Under the pieces are notes generated by a model that searched no databases, had not been told where the DNA came from, and saw only the letters and a program-made list of their open reading frames with translations. DNA of 63,983 bases, the filler included, from Octopus bimaculoides (taxonomy: Eukaryota): the NCBI RefSeq assembly GCF_001194135.2. It is 5 parts of 5 records of this genome, joined end to end, with 100 filler letters (N's around TTAATTAATTAA, not from the genome) between each part and the next. Parts side by side here need not be neighbours in the genome. Positions count along the whole stretch, not along the records: positions 62,791 to 63,983 come from NW_026416248.1; 4 more parts are not named here. One strand, 5' to 3'. Numbering within the stretch: position 1 is the stretch's first letter; the number at the start of each line of letters is the position of its first letter. Shown one piece after another: positions 62,791-63,983 of this stretch. The position numbers and the translations under genes are program-made.

Positions 62791-63513
62791 TTAGTATGAA
62801 GTGGTAAAGAGTGTGATGTGCTGAAAAAAGAGAGAACTGTGAAAGTTTTTTTTGAAAGTTAGAATTGTACTTGGAGAATTTAATGTTTTTTATTAAGTTA
62901 ATCATGTCCGTTTCAAATTTTTCCAGGTGAGGGTTATGAGGAGGATTATTATACGATGTGAGATTGAATTTACAGGTACTTGAGTCGTTTCTATATGTCT
63001 GGTTATCATGGAAGAAGGCCTTCCATCTCATTCGTCGGATGAGATCCCTAATCTTAGCTAGAAGGAGAATAGTGAAAGATTTTTGAGAAGGAATGGGAGT
63101 GTCCTTAAGGGAGAAGCCAAGAATCTCTTTATCCATTATTTTTCATGGAGTTACCCGTTATAAGTGCTAGTTAAAGCAGAAGATAAGGTTGAGGAGGGTA
63201 TTGGATTTAACCAAACCCCGGAGGATACAGGTAATACCGAGTAAGTGCTGTATACCGATTAGTTTGCCCCAGTCGTTGTATGAACAGGATTGGGGATTAT
63301 AAGTCATGTATTAGCGTGTGTATATGTAAATATATAAAAACAAAAGGATAAAGAGAGCAAAGGTAAGGTTGAAGAATTTTATGGATAGAGTCTTACAGCT
63401 GTTTCTGGGAAGATCCAGTACTTCCCTTCATTGGAGACAGAAAAAATAAAGTAATCTATTATTATATCCATAGGCGGATATTTTTAGTATGAAGTGGTAA
63501 AGAGTGTGATGTG
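62791..63513 (-). mobile_element. Penelope-like element 5' region (pLTR + ORF N-terminus) in partial tandem
   Basis: ORF from 63136 reads LGFSLKDTPIPSQKSFTILLLAKIRDLIRRMRWKAFF (PLE N-terminal motif). A 30-bp direct repeat TTAGTATGAAGTGGTAAAGAGTGTGATGTG lies at 62791-62820 and 63484-63513. Confidence 0.8.
63390..63438 (-). ncRNA. Degenerate minimal type-I hammerhead motif upstream of the PLE ORF
   Basis: Stem I GUCU/AGAC, core CCAAUGA, stem II GGGAAG/CUUCCC, GAAA, palindromic helix III ACAGCUGU, triplet GUA; on the same strand as the ORF and about 250 nt upstream of it. Confidence 0.55.
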
Positions 63514-63983
63514 AGAAGAGGAAAATACCAGGCTTACACCAAGAACTTGATTGCAAACACTGGCCTGAAATGTATCCAAGACTGTGAGGCAGTGATGCTG
63601 GACTGAGAAGTGTGACAGGTAGACTTTGTTGCTGTGGCCCAGGTTGGAACCCAGACATAATAATAATATTCCAAAAGTCTGCTTTTCCAATTTCCAGTAA
63701 GGGCTAGTGGGGGCACAATGAGTAATATTGACTGCATTTTTGATTTAGAGGAAAAAATATTTCTATAAATGTTCACCACCCAACAAAAACTACATCAGCT
63801 AAGTAAATGACCTTTTTTTTAAATGCATTAGAGACACTATAACATTTTCAGAACCTATTTCAGAAAATTATTTCTGGTCCCTTCGAGCACATGAAAGACA
63901 AATTTAGATGAAGCAAAATCAATATAAGACAAAACAAGGTAAATTTGCCTCTTCAATTCTCTAGAATTACATTTGGAAAAAAA

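Overview
This is eukaryotic, AT-rich, microsatellite-saturated genomic DNA. Its SINE, LINE and MITE content looks like an octopod cephalopod (my inference; the species cannot be confirmed from sequence alone). There are no prokaryotic features, CRISPR arrays, rRNA or true tRNA genes. Four identical 100-bp spacers (44 N + TTAATTAATTAA + 44 N) cut the window into five scaffolded segments (1-24982, 25083-34090, 34191-38746, 38847-62690, 62791-63983), so genes appear only as fragments. Host coding sequence: (1) the first coding exon of a 4-coumarate:CoA-ligase/luciferase-like acyl-CoA synthetase with a mitochondrial-type presequence (26589-26885, minus); (2) one 59-nt myosin motor-domain exon, probably myosin XV (38146-38204, minus); (3) a speculative 5-exon, 80-aa minus-strand gene (926-21904). 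The rest is mostly transposon debris: RTE, CR1, R4/Dong and other RLE-type LINEs, Penelope-like elements (PLEs), mariners, a DD36E Tc1, piggyBac and hAT MITEs, Helitron/Helentron-like elements and about five SINE-like families. The best non-obvious signal is three minimal type-I hammerhead ribozyme folds with palindromic helix III (35771-35816, 38857-38901, 63390-63438). One sits just upstream of a PLE ORF. Another carries a CCGACGA core variant inside a CpG-rich, hairpin-dense, retrozyme-like unit. Almost all ORFs in the supplied track are microsatellite or N-gap artefacts. All family names come from motif recognition by eye, not from database searches.
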